This document shows positions 13,401 through 25,384 of a stretch of DNA of 64,000 nucleotides, one piece after another. The notes below the pieces were generated by a model. It saw nothing but the letters and a program-made list of their open reading frames with translations. It had not been told where the DNA came from and did no database searches. Source of the DNA: Chlorokybus atmophyticus (taxonomy: Eukaryota; Plantae; Mesostigma and Chlorokybus algae); NCBI GenBank assembly GCA_009103225.1, contig RHPI01002619.1, positions 1-64,000 on the forward strand. The letters run 5' to 3'. Each line of letters starts with the position of its first letter. The first letter of the stretch is position 1. The translations under genes were made by a program, and so were the position numbers.

Positions 13401-15406
13401 CCACACAACACGCCACTTGCAAAAAGGAAAACGCAGCTTACCGCCCCTGAAGACTGCCGCCCAGAATGTTGGACATTTCTTTCTCGTTTCACTGTTGGTG
13501 CACTTGGACTCAGCTGCCGTTGTTCCGTTGCAGAAGTTGACTCAGCACGCCTCAAAGCTGTAATACAACCGCCAATGTAATCATGCCTCAATGCCACCCG
13601 CATTGTCCAAAGCACACATAACGCAACCCCAAAAAGCGTCATAATAATCTATGCTGCACAAAGACGAACAGCAACGCCAAGCTCACGCCAACCAACCTGC
13701 TGCAGGACGATGGGCGCCAGAACGCGCTTTCCTTGGTACAGCAGGCAGGTCAGATGGTCGTTCCTCATCTTCATTCTACAAACAAGCCAGGGAATTCACA
13801 TAAACATGCACACTAAGCTGACCAACAGTGCTACAGTTGCATAGACCCTGCACCGAATAGTACCTTGACCTTTAGCAATGGTTTGCGATGGAGATTGGAT
13901 GCAGAGGATGGGTGCGCAGAATCAGAGTTGCCCTCTGACTCACTTTCCCCCGCGGACTCCTCTGACTGGTCAGAATAATCCAACCTAGCTGCCATGTCTA
14001 GCTGCTTCTTTCGCTTCTTTCCTGGCAGCATGTAGGCTGCAGGTGATGTCTTCTCAGACTTCAACCTATCCCGCGGTCTTTTGGTAGGATGCAAGTCGTT
14101 GAACCCGTCTGCTAGCTCGTCACTCGCCTCACCTGCCATGGAAAGAAATGGCAAAACTATGATTGCTAAGTGACAGCCATACAACCATTGTAGAAACAGC
14201 TATGGGGTGCAGACAGCAAGAATGCGCGGCAACTGCACTACATGGCAGAATGCAACATTGAGCAGTCAACCACATGCCAATGCACGCCTTGAGAGCAACG
14301 ACAGCACCTATGGCTGCCCGCTGGTAATCTCTGCTAACCACGTGCATACTTGTATTTACTAGCGCCCAGGCACATGCGTGCAGACCCAACACAACCATGG
14401 TGCTGATGACACAGCATGAGCACACATTTTTGACGATCAGCAAACCAACCAGAGCGTGTGTCACCCAGTGCCTGCCCATCCCCGACACAATGCTCCAGCC
14501 AGATACCACTGCGACGTTTACACATACAAATACAAACTCCCCTTCACCAGCCAGTCAACCACCACATCACATCCCACCTAAATGTGCTTACCAGGTTCAG
14601 AATATCACCACATAAACCAGTTCACCAACATGTGAATGGTTAACTTGCTTGCCTTGTAACATTGAGCTGTTATAGAGCACACATCACAATCACAATGCAG
14701 TGAATATGAACCAAAGTAAATGGCTCACGCATTTTCAGTCGCACTCCCACTTCAGGTGACTTAGGACAAGTGCTGCGACAAACGAGGAAGAAGTGGCGTA
14801 TGTAGTCGTTATTCAAAGCCAACAACATTTCCTCCACCACGACACTGCCAAAGACAGAACTGACAACTGCTACTGGTGACAACGACTAAACTGATCGCCA
14901 ACCACGGCCTGCCAAACGACACGGACAATCCCCGCAACACGGCCCATGTGACGCTGTTGCTCGCAATGTGCGTTGCACTGCAACTTTAAATCGACATGTC
15001 ACTTTCTTTTCTGGTACATCACACCATGCCGAACTGCTGCAGTTTTGCCTTAGCCATGCGACAGCGTTAAATGCCACCCACTCAACCCCGCCGATGCAGG
15101 CTGGACACCTGCCAACCTCCTTGACTTCTTGTCGTGGTGCACTGTAGCAAGTGTAAAGCACAGAGCAACCAGCACGCTCTAGGCAAAGACAGCTGCAAGC
15201 CCTGCACCCCGAGCTTCACGAGGCGTGAGGCTGGCGACATCCTCCTCGAAGGAAGCCCCAAACCAGCTTGCGCAGTGCAACACATCCACTCAAATCAGTG
15301 TTAGAACCTGCTGCTCACCAGACTCCTTATTGTTGGCTGAACGGGGACGCCGCAGGCCGGTGCTGCCGCCTCGGCCTCTCCTGGCCTCCACCCTGCCCCG
15401 CTCCAT
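7425..15406 (-). CDS. TIC: TIME FOR COFFEE (TIC)-like nuclear clock-associated protein, multi-exon, with large Q/P/S-rich low-complexity region
   Basis: Spliced model keeps phase over the exons checked: 15406-15319 (MERGRVEARR...), 14132-13864, 13775-13697, 13557-13442, further exons, 11091-10405, 10327 to about 7760, and a last exon ending at TAA 7425. TIC-type motifs occur in the expected order: VPRKARS (13719-13739), EAEVAEALFDL, KSRKRQRPRIKDE, KRCATHVYIARLI (from 11049), MIQQGGFPPFSFP. Confidence 0.8.
8740..9640 (-). repeat. CAG/CAA-rich polyglutamine tracts inside the TIC-like CDS
   Basis: Dense (ctg/ttg)n runs on the + strand at about 8745-8880, 8990-9030 and 9500-9640 give Q-runs in the 7679-10402 frame. 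Confidence 0.9.
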
Positions 15407-17365
15407 GTGTGGGGCACTGCCACGGTCGCCAGCCCAGAAACGCCTCGCTCTCCGCTCGCCTCCGAGCAGCAGCAGCCTGATCACGGCCCCACTACGGTAC
15501 GGCCAATGCCGGCTCTGCGTGCACCCACGAGCCACAAGGCCTGTGCAAGCGCCGCAAGATCCTCATACTGCCTGCTTGAAGCCTCACAGTGGAGAGCGAA
15601 CCCGCCTCCTGGCAACTCTACCAGCACCTCCTGTACACTCTCAGGCACACATATTCACACACGCACACAGGTGCAGGCCAGAACTAGCAACCTGCCAGCG
15701 GCGGCAGCAGTGGCTGCTGACGGTCTCGGCAGCTGCCTACCCAAGCAAGCTGTTCTATTCTACACCGCCAACGCTTCTAGCAAAAGCAAGCACGACTTGT
15801 TGAACAACGACTTGAACGACAACAACGACACCGCCGGCGGCGGCGACGAGCTGCCTGCCGACGTAGGTCTAATTGCCACACCACACTGCAGCTCAATCCC
15901 CCCTCTCCCACACCCCAAACTGACACCACCCAAAAGCATCGAATAAACAAAGTCTTTTTTCCCCCCGCACACTGGGCAATGGGCTTCGCCAATGCAACAC
16001 CAAGTCCGAGCGGGCCATAAAAGTCTCACATCATTGCGAGGTGAAAGTGCTGCGGGGCCGCGGGAGCAATTGTCGGCCAATCGCGGCGGCCCAGCGGAGC
16101 AGAACGGAAGTTAATGTTGAGAAGGGTTGCTATGAGAGTTTTGAAAGTCCGCAACAAGCATGCCGCGCCAGACCTTGCTTGGAGCGTTTGCCGGCCGCAA
16201 GCGCACCCAATACGGCCATGCAGCAAAAGTTTTACTTCGTGTGGCCGGGCCACCTATACTTTGATAACCTAATTACGCAAACAACGACAAGACGGGTGCA
16301 GACGGTGTTTCTGCCTGCCTGCTACCCGCCGCTAGGATTGCCTGTGCAGGGGCAATGTTCCTTGCTTAAGGTCCAACAGCTCCTGTAAGACCCAATGCAG
16401 CTGGTGCGTCACCGCTTGCATGACTGCAGTTGTGCAATCATTGTCTTGGCCCAACTGCCCAACGCAGCCGACTCTGCAGCCGCCTTAACGCCCTTTGGCT
16501 CCTGCAAGACCCGCGCGGACTTTGTCGAAAGTCCCGCGCGAAGCGCGAGAGCGAGATCCTGGCTGCGGTACACCGTGCTGCCTGCTTGATGGGAGCAAAA
16601 CGCGCGGGAATGCATGCGGCGGGTACGACGCACAGCAAATATTGACTCGGCTCTAGCAGTTGCCTCAATGCCACCCGTTCATGCCAGGACGACAGATACC
16701 CATGCAGCAATACGCAGTTACCTTTTAACTGTCATCCGTGCGACCGGGAGGCATGAAGGGATTCTTATCAGCAGCAGGTCACTGCCGGCCGACTCGTAGG
16801 GCGGGTGCGCGACGCGCGACTGGACTTGATTTATCCAACGGCGAGGGTGGGATTGATCTGTTCAAATGACGGCTGACAAGAGCGGAGAGGCCGATGCAGG
16901 AATCTCCTCACCTGCGGGGTAATCATCCGTCGACCGGCCAAAGCCGCAGTGACGTCAACAACGCCAGAGAATCGCTCGATCTCGGTCCCGGGGATTTGAG
17001 TACCTAAGCTGACCGGTGACGGACACTGTAAGACCGAATTACAGTAGGCCGCCGTCGGTGACGACCCGGACTTCTTTCGCTTGGTGCGCAAGGCACGCAC
17101 GCAGATGCTGACGTGACACGCACTTGAGCGTGGCCCGGACGCGAAAAGCGCACCCCTAGGCCTGCGCTTTGTTCATTTCCTTCGGCTGCGCTCAATAGGC
17201 TGGCGTGTGCACGCGCATTGGCGCGGCTCAACCAGACAGGGCTCAGGACTAGAGTTGTGTGCTGTGGCACGCACAATACGCTTGCCACATGTATCCCGAA
17301 TAGGGCTTGTGCGGAGCGAGCATTGCGGTGGGCTGCTGGTCGGGGCAAGGGTGGTGGTGGTGGTT

Positions 17366-18096
17366 ATGGCGTCGCTGGTGAGCGATGGGTATGGCTCGGA
17401 CGCTAGCGATGCGGACGAGGCTGCTGTGGTGGCTGACAGGGAGACGGACGCAGCCCCCACCGCCGCCGTTGATGCGCAGGCGCGGGCCGTTGTCCGTAGC
17501 GCCAGCGAAGGCGCAGCACAAGCGGTAAGGTTGCGTCATTGATGTTGTGTGACACATATTTCTCGGGCCGTTGCCCAAGCTACGCTCTTTCAATCTGCTG
17601 TAGGCATTGATTGAGAGAGCGTAGCCTTGCACGCTCAGGTGTCAGAGCGCAGCAGCGTGCATGCGAGAGTTGTGGAGAGGCTGCCGGGTGCAGCTGAGTT
17701 GCTAGGAGACGCATTCCCCAATGCATCGCAAAGCACATCATTAAGTACAGCGCTGAAGAGGACACCACCGCCTAGTGGAAACGGCAGTGCAGCGGCTGCA
17801 AACAAGCAGCCCCGCCGCCTGCTGCAAACCGCCGCCGCAAGCGGAGCACGCAGCGACTTGGTCCCTCCGCAGTTGAGAGGAAGGTTGGTGCTAATTGTAT
17901 GCAGCTATTGGAATGGCATCTATGCAGATTCTCACTGATGCAAAGTGTGTTGCTGTCAATGCACGAACATGGTTGCTGAGCTCTGTACATACAGAGCTTT
18001 TAGCAATGTGTCGTGGTGCTCCTCAGGAGTAACGTGTCCACAGAAGACCTCGACCGGCTATTTGTGCGCCGACGGCAACAGCAACAGAGTGGATAG
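17366..18096 (+). CDS. Small conserved plant-type protein of unknown function, 3 exons
   Basis: Exons 17366-17524, 17639-17883 and 18027-18096 with GT-AG introns in phase. The C-terminus LVPPQLRGRSNVSTEDLDRLFV resembles a motif I recall from uncharacterised land-plant proteins. Confidence 0.75.
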
Positions 18097-20038
18097 CGGA
18101 AGCTTGCAGAAGGGCAAACGCCAGCAATGTGTTTCTCTGTTACTTCACGCTACAGAGTCATCGTATGCTTGGCTATCCACAGAATCCGTCGTCAGTGTCC
18201 TTTGTTGTTGCTAGGTACGAAGCATTCGCACCAATTTTACTGTGTACTCTTCATGAGTTTGTGGCATTGAAGCTGAGTATACGTTCACAAAGCATGTAAA
18301 TAGTAATGTGGGTTGTTTACCCGCTGTCTATGTAGACACCAGCTCCCGGCATGCGCTATGCACTGGCGCATACTGAATTGAGTGATTGCCATCATGTTGC
18401 TGATATCATCATGTCTTACCTGTGGAAACTTTTGTATATCACCAATGTCAAGAAGCACGTAGCTGGCAAGCTGCGCTGGTCGCATATTTATTGAAACCAA
18501 TCTAAGCAATCTCTATGACATGGGCTTTGCATGTGGGTTGCAACTATATACCTCAGAACACATTGGCAATCGAAAATGACTGTGCCATTACGCAGGTTAC
18601 TCCATCACAACCGTAGACATCAACATTCATTGGTTGAAAAGAAGTTGCAATTTAATAAGCTCGATAACTGGAGCGGCATGGTCGGTTGCTGTTGGTTTGC
18701 TCCCTTCCTGATGTTACATTTGACGTGCACAAGGTCGTCATGTTAAAGCTGGATGACCACTCCAGCAACCCAAGCCCAACTAAGCAATGGTGACACACTT
18801 TACAACAATGTAACTATGCTCGCAATGCACGTTAGCATGCATCAATTGCAATGTGCAGGGCTCACGTCAAGAGCACCACCACGACTGATATTGTAATCAT
18901 GGGGGCAGGTCGAGGTGGTGGCCAACCCGGAATTGCGCACGCGGCTTGAATCGCTCTATTAAAGCCACGCCCTGGGCCTGCTGTGCGCAAGCAATCCGCT
19001 GCATGTACATGAATATAAACTATGACATATGGGTCGTATCATGTAATCCCATATGCTGGACAATGGGACGCGTCGCGCAGTTGGTGATGAGCGTGGCATG
19101 AAGGGCCCAGTGTGTCAAACGTCTTGCTGCTGCAGGGATTTATTTTTCTCCATGCGCGTGGTTGCTATATTAACAACACTTGGCCAACTCAACTGCACAT
19201 GCTCCTCCCCCAGGCTAAGTGATGCACATGACACCTGCATTGCTTCTATATAATACAAATGCATGCGATGCTTTGCATTTGCAATCATGTTGCAATGTGC
19301 ACAAGCATCCAAGCTATGTAAGTGCTCAGCTAGCTCGTGCATTAATGTGCACCGCACATTAATGCGCACAAGCAATGGCATAATGTCTTTCAACTGGTTG
19401 CCTGCCTACCTACCTTTATGCCCCCTTGCATACACACATAGCACAAAGCTAGAGTTTATCACGGGTAGGGCACGTAGTATAAAGAGTTAAGCGGGGCTTG
19501 GGGTGCAGATGAACATGTGCCTGACTGCGTACTCTCCCGTGACGGAGGAGGGCGCGGTGCTAGTGGCAGGCGCATAGTGTCCAGCTGCTTAACGTCGTAT
19601 TGTGTGACATGTGATGTGTGATGTGTTAGCACATAACGACGGGATATATGATTGAAATCGCTCGAGTACAAAATGGACAACGAAACTGTCAAGCACAAGG
19701 TGATGTATGCGTTTATCTGATAAGCTATGCCACACATGCGCAAACATAAACAACATTAGAGTGCTAGCAGCAAACTCAAGTGTAGACAAGAAGCAAAATG
19801 CAAACCATGTGCAGCACAAACACACGGCAAGAATGCTGAGGAACGGGGGCCAAGGTAGTGCTATACAAGTTAGTAGAGAGTAACATATACAAACCACATG
19901 ACTTAGGACTAGAGACACTAGATCCTCAAGCAGCGAGCAGCAGACATGAAGCGGCAGCCGTTCAACAACCTGCAGAGACAGATGCACATGCTGATGCATT
20001 TCCACACCCAAACCAAGCCAACAAGCAATCAAATATAT

Positions 20039-20190
20039 CACCATATACACCAGAGGGCTGGCTAGCGCCCTGATACACAAAAAAGTGCAAGCATTGGCAG
20101 CGGGGGCGGCGTGGACTGACTGGCCACGACGATGATGACACAGCAACAGGACATGCATGTGTTGGCAATGGACTACCCGCGTGGCAGCCG
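20039..20190 (+). repeat. Diverged dispersed repeat, copy 1 (homologous to about 41036-41200)
   Basis: caccatatacaccagagggctggctag versus caccatgtacacaagagggctggccag (24/27 identical), then collinear gatgacacagc/gacgacacagc and ctacccgcgtggcagccg/ctacctgcgtggcagacg. Confidence 0.6.
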
Positions 20191-21040
20191 TCGTCAGCAC
20201 CGCGGCTCAAGGCATGGTTGGTAGTATGCTTGACACATTCCTGCACTGCAATTGAGCGTCGATGGAGTCTGCCTACGTCTTTAAATGCTAAGTAGATCAG
20301 TGTTGCATACGTTACGCATTGCATGCCATATACGATGCATACCTTCAGCATATAACATGCAATGGCTGGTGGATACAAAGTGATCGCCAGTGCGACCAGT
20401 TTACGTCACAGACAGAATCTGCGTTATGAACATCTATCGGTGTGCAGCTATAATTTAAGCTGCACATCAATTGGCTTGAAGAGATTTTACTCTCAGTGCT
20501 GATGCAACTTCAGATGTTCAATTCGGCATCATGGGCTAAAGTAGTTGATAACAGCACTGCTGAAAAGACATGACGCCCACATAACATTACTAATGCTTCA
20601 GAGCCCCTGATGATAGCTTCAGTGCATATGACATCTTTAGCCAGCGTGTCTCCAAACGCAAGTTGCACCATTTGGCTTGCGTAACGTGCACGAACTATTA
20701 TTGGCCACCTTCCTCCATTCTGCTCGAAGTCTGCGCTGGTCATTGGGCGCTCAAAGACTGACCATAGGAATGGTTAGGAACACACCTGCATACCGGTGTT
20801 TGTCATGACTTCCGTACAGCACTGCCGACAATCACCATCCCATTGCAGGGCGCCGTAAGTGAGGACCTGAACATGTGCACCAAGCATGGTCAACGGTTAT
20901 GTAGAGTAGAGTGAAGCAGAGTTGCAACAAATACAAGAATGCATGTAATGCATTTATGCAACCCACCTCAGACTGGTGATGGACTGTGCTGGGTTATGAA
21001 GTTGCTAAGTAAGGTGCTACAGCTGCCGCGACAGAAGTGC

Positions 21041-24000
21041 TCAGCCGGTCATTGGAATGACGTCAGCGCTCAGCTGTCGCAGAAAGCGCAGCTTCAAAGT
21101 TGCTATGTAGGCGCTGCGCACACTTGATGGATTGTGCTGGTTGATCGCAGGGTGCTGCAGCTGGCAGGCATAGAGCAGACAGTCAAATCCGCACATTCAA
21201 GTAACAGTTTCGTAGAACTAGTAAGCTTACCAATTGAATCAACTGCTGCACCCTGGACTCATGTTTGGCCTGGGAATGTAAATGAACCAGGAGCTCAAGC
21301 AATGGCATCTCCCAGACATATGGAAAATACCGCGCATCGAGACCAAAAACTTCCTCCTGACAGCAGTAAAGAGAAACCACTCAGTCATACCATATACATG
21401 GTAACGCAAGACACTGTTTGATGAGGCCACCGAAATCAATTTGCAGACCTGGATCAACGGGTACGCCAACGAGTAGCCTGGCGGGTTGAGAAATTGACAC
21501 AGGCATGCTGCGGGAAGCACCGCGCCAATCACACTGCACGCGTGCACCATGCGCCGCACCACCCATGGTGTGAAGATATCTGTGGCTGAGGCCAGTGCTG
21601 CAGTACTTCGCCCGCTGTAGTTGCCCAGCGCAGCAGCCCCCGCTCGCAAGTACATCTGCAATATGCCACAAGTGCACAGATGTCACACGTGGATTGCATG
21701 ACATGCGAACAACCAGCACGCAAGCAGGACAATCTCTCATAGCAGTAGCACCTGTCCACAAGCAGGAGCACAGTTACCTGTAATGCTTCAAGATGATGGT
21801 CGTCTTCAAAAGCCAAATCCGCCAAGCCCTGCATAATATATCAGTGATACTGGCACATGTACCGCAGAATCTCAATTCTGAGACAGAGGGCGCACCTGTA
21901 GCCATCGGTAGTCCTGGACTACCCCCTCTGTAACAACAGAGTGGCGTAGTAGCAGACCAAACAAGTTGCGCACGCTGGATGGTGACAACTCTGATGGTTC
22001 AGCCTCATTGCCGGCAATCAAAGCAGCAAGACTACCATATCGGTCCACTGCAATGGCATAACCCGAATGGCCTGCTAAATGGCTGTTGTTCAACCAGCCA
22101 GCGACCAGAGCAATCAAAGCATGTCGCGCTTTGGGAGAGGACATGCCGCACATCAGTGGCACCTTATCTGAGCGGTCAGTCATAGCGGATTGAGCGCTGC
22201 TGGTTTTCTTCGCACATGTCATCATGAGCACTTTATTCAGCAGCTGACTCGCATGTTGCCGGATGTGGTGCTTGTCCTGCCGCTGCTGAGTGGTGAGTTG
22301 CACAGTTGCGTCATAATCAAAGCTGACTTTGAGCAGCTCAGCGAGCAGCTGCCAATACACAGAGTAGTAGTCAACACTGGCCAATCGCAGATGGAGCTAT
22401 GAGTGCGTGCACGCATGCATTAACGCTGCATACACCGTGACTGCACACCTGTGCAAGAAGCAACTCCTCTTGACAAGGATGCCCGGTGTCGTTGTAATCT
22501 GGGTGGTCGGAGATGTCACTGCAAGCTTTTGCGAGCACCGGCCATGCCTCGCAATCAATCAGCCAGCAGACAGTCTGGAGGACATGTGCAGAAGTGGCTT
22601 CTACTATGAGCTCGCCAATGAGGTCTTGCACATTGCCTGGTGGTACTTTGCTCTGCCGCAGCTGCGATAGCTGACTGTCTGCATTGCTGGGATCCATAGT
22701 GGCAACAGTAGCGAAGAGCCGTGTCGAGTCTTGCAGTCCAAGCTTCTCATCCAGCAACCCGCGAGCAACTACTCTTGCTGCAATAACGCCGCGCTCCTCC
22801 ACTTCAGCTTGACTGGCTGCCTGCCGCAATCGCCCTGGAGATGATGCTCTCACAACAGCCATCTTTCGCGCAACTAAACTGGTTTCTATGTCTTTTGGCA
22901 GCAGGTTGCGCTGTGTGACGGGTTGGCTTGCAACACCTTTGAAATCTGCAGCCAGCTGGAGTCCCAGCTGTAAATCTGCTTCGCTGACAAGGCCATAAGC
23001 TCGTGCCATCTGCCAGCACCACATCTGGCAATGGGCAGCGCAAACTCCTCGCACATATGTCAGCAACTTGTTTGCTGTCTCAGCACCACATGCAAAACTA
23101 GCAGTAGTACTGCATGGTGGTTCAGGCGCTGAGACTGCAGCGGGCCAGACCGTACTGCGGTGCAGGGCAGCATAAACAGCTTTGAACAGCCACTCCACAG
23201 TCACCTTGTCAGCCATCCATGGCAAAGCTCGAGATTGCAACCCTGTTGCCTCAACACTTTTTATTACACAGCAAACAGCATTCAGTGCAGCTATCTGCAT
23301 GCGCACAGCAACCAGCCTGTCATTGATCTCCAGGGCCTGTCTGTAAACGGAAGTCAACTCATGCTTCTGGTTGTCTTCAAGAAGCGTGCTCAGGACTACT
23401 TCCCCATCACAGCAATGACGGGCCTTTTCAATGCGCCATAACAACAATTGATCGGTGTTGGAAGCGTCAAATTGCAGGTCTTTTGAGAGAGCAGCTGCAC
23501 ATGCTTCAACCATCCCTTGTGCTTTTTGTTGAGCGCTGGTGGCATGATTTATGGGCGAAGCGCTGCGCAATTGTTCCAGGGCAGCTGCAAACTGGTGCCG
23601 ATGGAAAAGGTACTCGCCCAAGTCGAGATGAATCAAAGACACATACTCTGGTTGAAGCATCTCAACAGTAGGCGGCGCGCTTTCATTAAAGTGTGCAGCA
23701 AGCTTCAACGCGAGAGCAGCAGCAGCTTGCAAGTTGTCAGCACTCCTTGCCGCAGCTGCAGGGATGGCTTCAAGCAACTGCTGGTCTGCTGCACTAGTGT
23801 AAAAGTTCTCCTCGGTCAATGTAGGTAGTGTTATTTGCGGAGACGGGCCAGGAGCTCCATTTGTCTGAGAGGCACCTATCTGCGCAAGAGATTGGACACA
23901 ACCGTCGAGTGCTGCTTGCTTCAAAAACGACACAGCAGCTGACTCCTCTTCCCGCAATGGCAAGTGAGGTCTTTGCAATGCCTTTGCAACACCTTCATGT

Positions 24001-24903
24001 GCCTCCACAACTGCGGCAGCATACTCAACATGGCTACATCTTCACAATCTGCTCCAAGCAGCGTGCTCAACAAGTTGCAACTGACCTGCAGCACACTCCT
24101 CGTCCTTCTTGGCTGATGCTGCAACACGCAGCGCTGCACGTAGCTGCCACCGATGCAGGTCGCACATTCTCCTCGCGCGGTCATGTGGCGCTTGCGTGAC
24201 CAACAGCTCCAGCAGCATTCTGTAAGGTGCAGCCATAAGCACTTGCAGATTACGTTCGCAGGCATTGCAAGATGACGTTTGCAACACACCATAGTTTATG
24301 TGAAGATGCAACAGCATCAGCAGAACACCGAACCGCCGTGCATGTTGGTAATCTGCACTTCCCGCTTGTACGCATGCAAGATGAGGTTTGCGATGCAGTT
24401 GCAAGGGGCTATGCATGGTCATGTGCTAACCTTCACCTCTGCAGGCGAGGCGGCAAGATGGTCTCAACTGTTTCGAGCGACAAGTCCAGCTCAGAGGCAA
24501 TCTTAGCAGCAAAACCCTGCAGCAGCTTCGCGCGTCGACTCGCTGCGGGCGCAGCAGCATCAGGTTTACCTGCCGCAGCTTGCAGGGCATCGCTCAACTG
24601 CGCCGGCGGCTTGCTGGCCTGCTGCAGTTCCGCTGGCTTTACTGCGACAGCAGGTGCGTTGGTGGCTGCTGCCGTGGGCGTGGGCTGAGCCGCACGCTGC
24701 ACGAGGGATTGCTCTAGAAGCGTCGACAGAAGCTCGCCAGCTATGGCATTGGAGCTGCTTCCTGCCGCCTTTAGCGCTGCAATGTGCTCGTCCAGCTTCG
24801 CCGGCGACACCAAGAAGTCTATCCAAACGTTCGGCCCAAGCGTGGACTGCTGCTTGCTGCTGGCTGCTGCTGGGGCAGCCGAGATGACAGGCATGCTGGC
24901 CAT
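21041..24903 (-). CDS. INTS8: Integrator complex subunit 8 homolog, multi-exon
   Basis: N-terminus WIDFLVSPAKLDEHI...LLEQ...RRAKLLQGFAAKIASEL...ETILP parallels the animal INTS8 N-terminus (WFEFLL...LEKHL...FLEQ...LKLLALKVAAHL). C-terminal exons MYLRAGA...VVRRMVHAC...AACLCQFL...YSLAYPLIQ, YFPYVWEMPLLELLVHLH and INQHNPSSVR...KLRFLRQL match the INTS8 C-terminus. Stop TGA at 21041-21043. Confidence 0.88.
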
Positions 24904-25384
24904 TGATCAGCGATTCAGGCACCAACCAGCATGTCGTTTCAAGCTGTTGTTGACAAAGCAAACCGCCTCAAAGCGCAAAACACAGCAACAGCACCCCAAT
25001 GCTGCTGCATGGCGCCTGTACGACTTACTCGCCGCAATGCATGAATTAATTGCTGCTGAGCAGCTCCGCCACGACGTTGCTGTCGTTTCAGCACTGTTGG
25101 CTGCCAACCAAGCTGTGCGAAGCACTTCGTAACAATTACAATGCCGCCAAACCAAAGCACACATGCACAAGCAGCGTCCGAGCACGCAAGCGCAATAGCT
25201 AACGTGCGGGTAAGTGTAATTCAAACAGCGACTACCGCACCAAGTTGCGCCCGGCTTTCGTGTACGTTATGCAAATGGGACAAGCACGTTTGCTGATGAC
25301 GTTTGCCACGTGTGCTTCTGAGGGGAGGCGGGCGTGCTGGGTGGCGGCGGCGGTGATCTGAAGTTGTGCGTCGGGCGGGGGAGC

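Noticed and set aside
15407-17250. Several 60-180 aa ORFs between TIC and the small conserved gene
   Set aside because: No recognisable domain or consistent splice model. Probably 5' leader or promoter sequence, but this is unproven.
18885-18950. TDIVIMGAGRGG, resembling a Rossmann GxGxxG start
   Set aside because: A stop follows within about 10 codons and no downstream FAD-domain motifs were found; likely chance.
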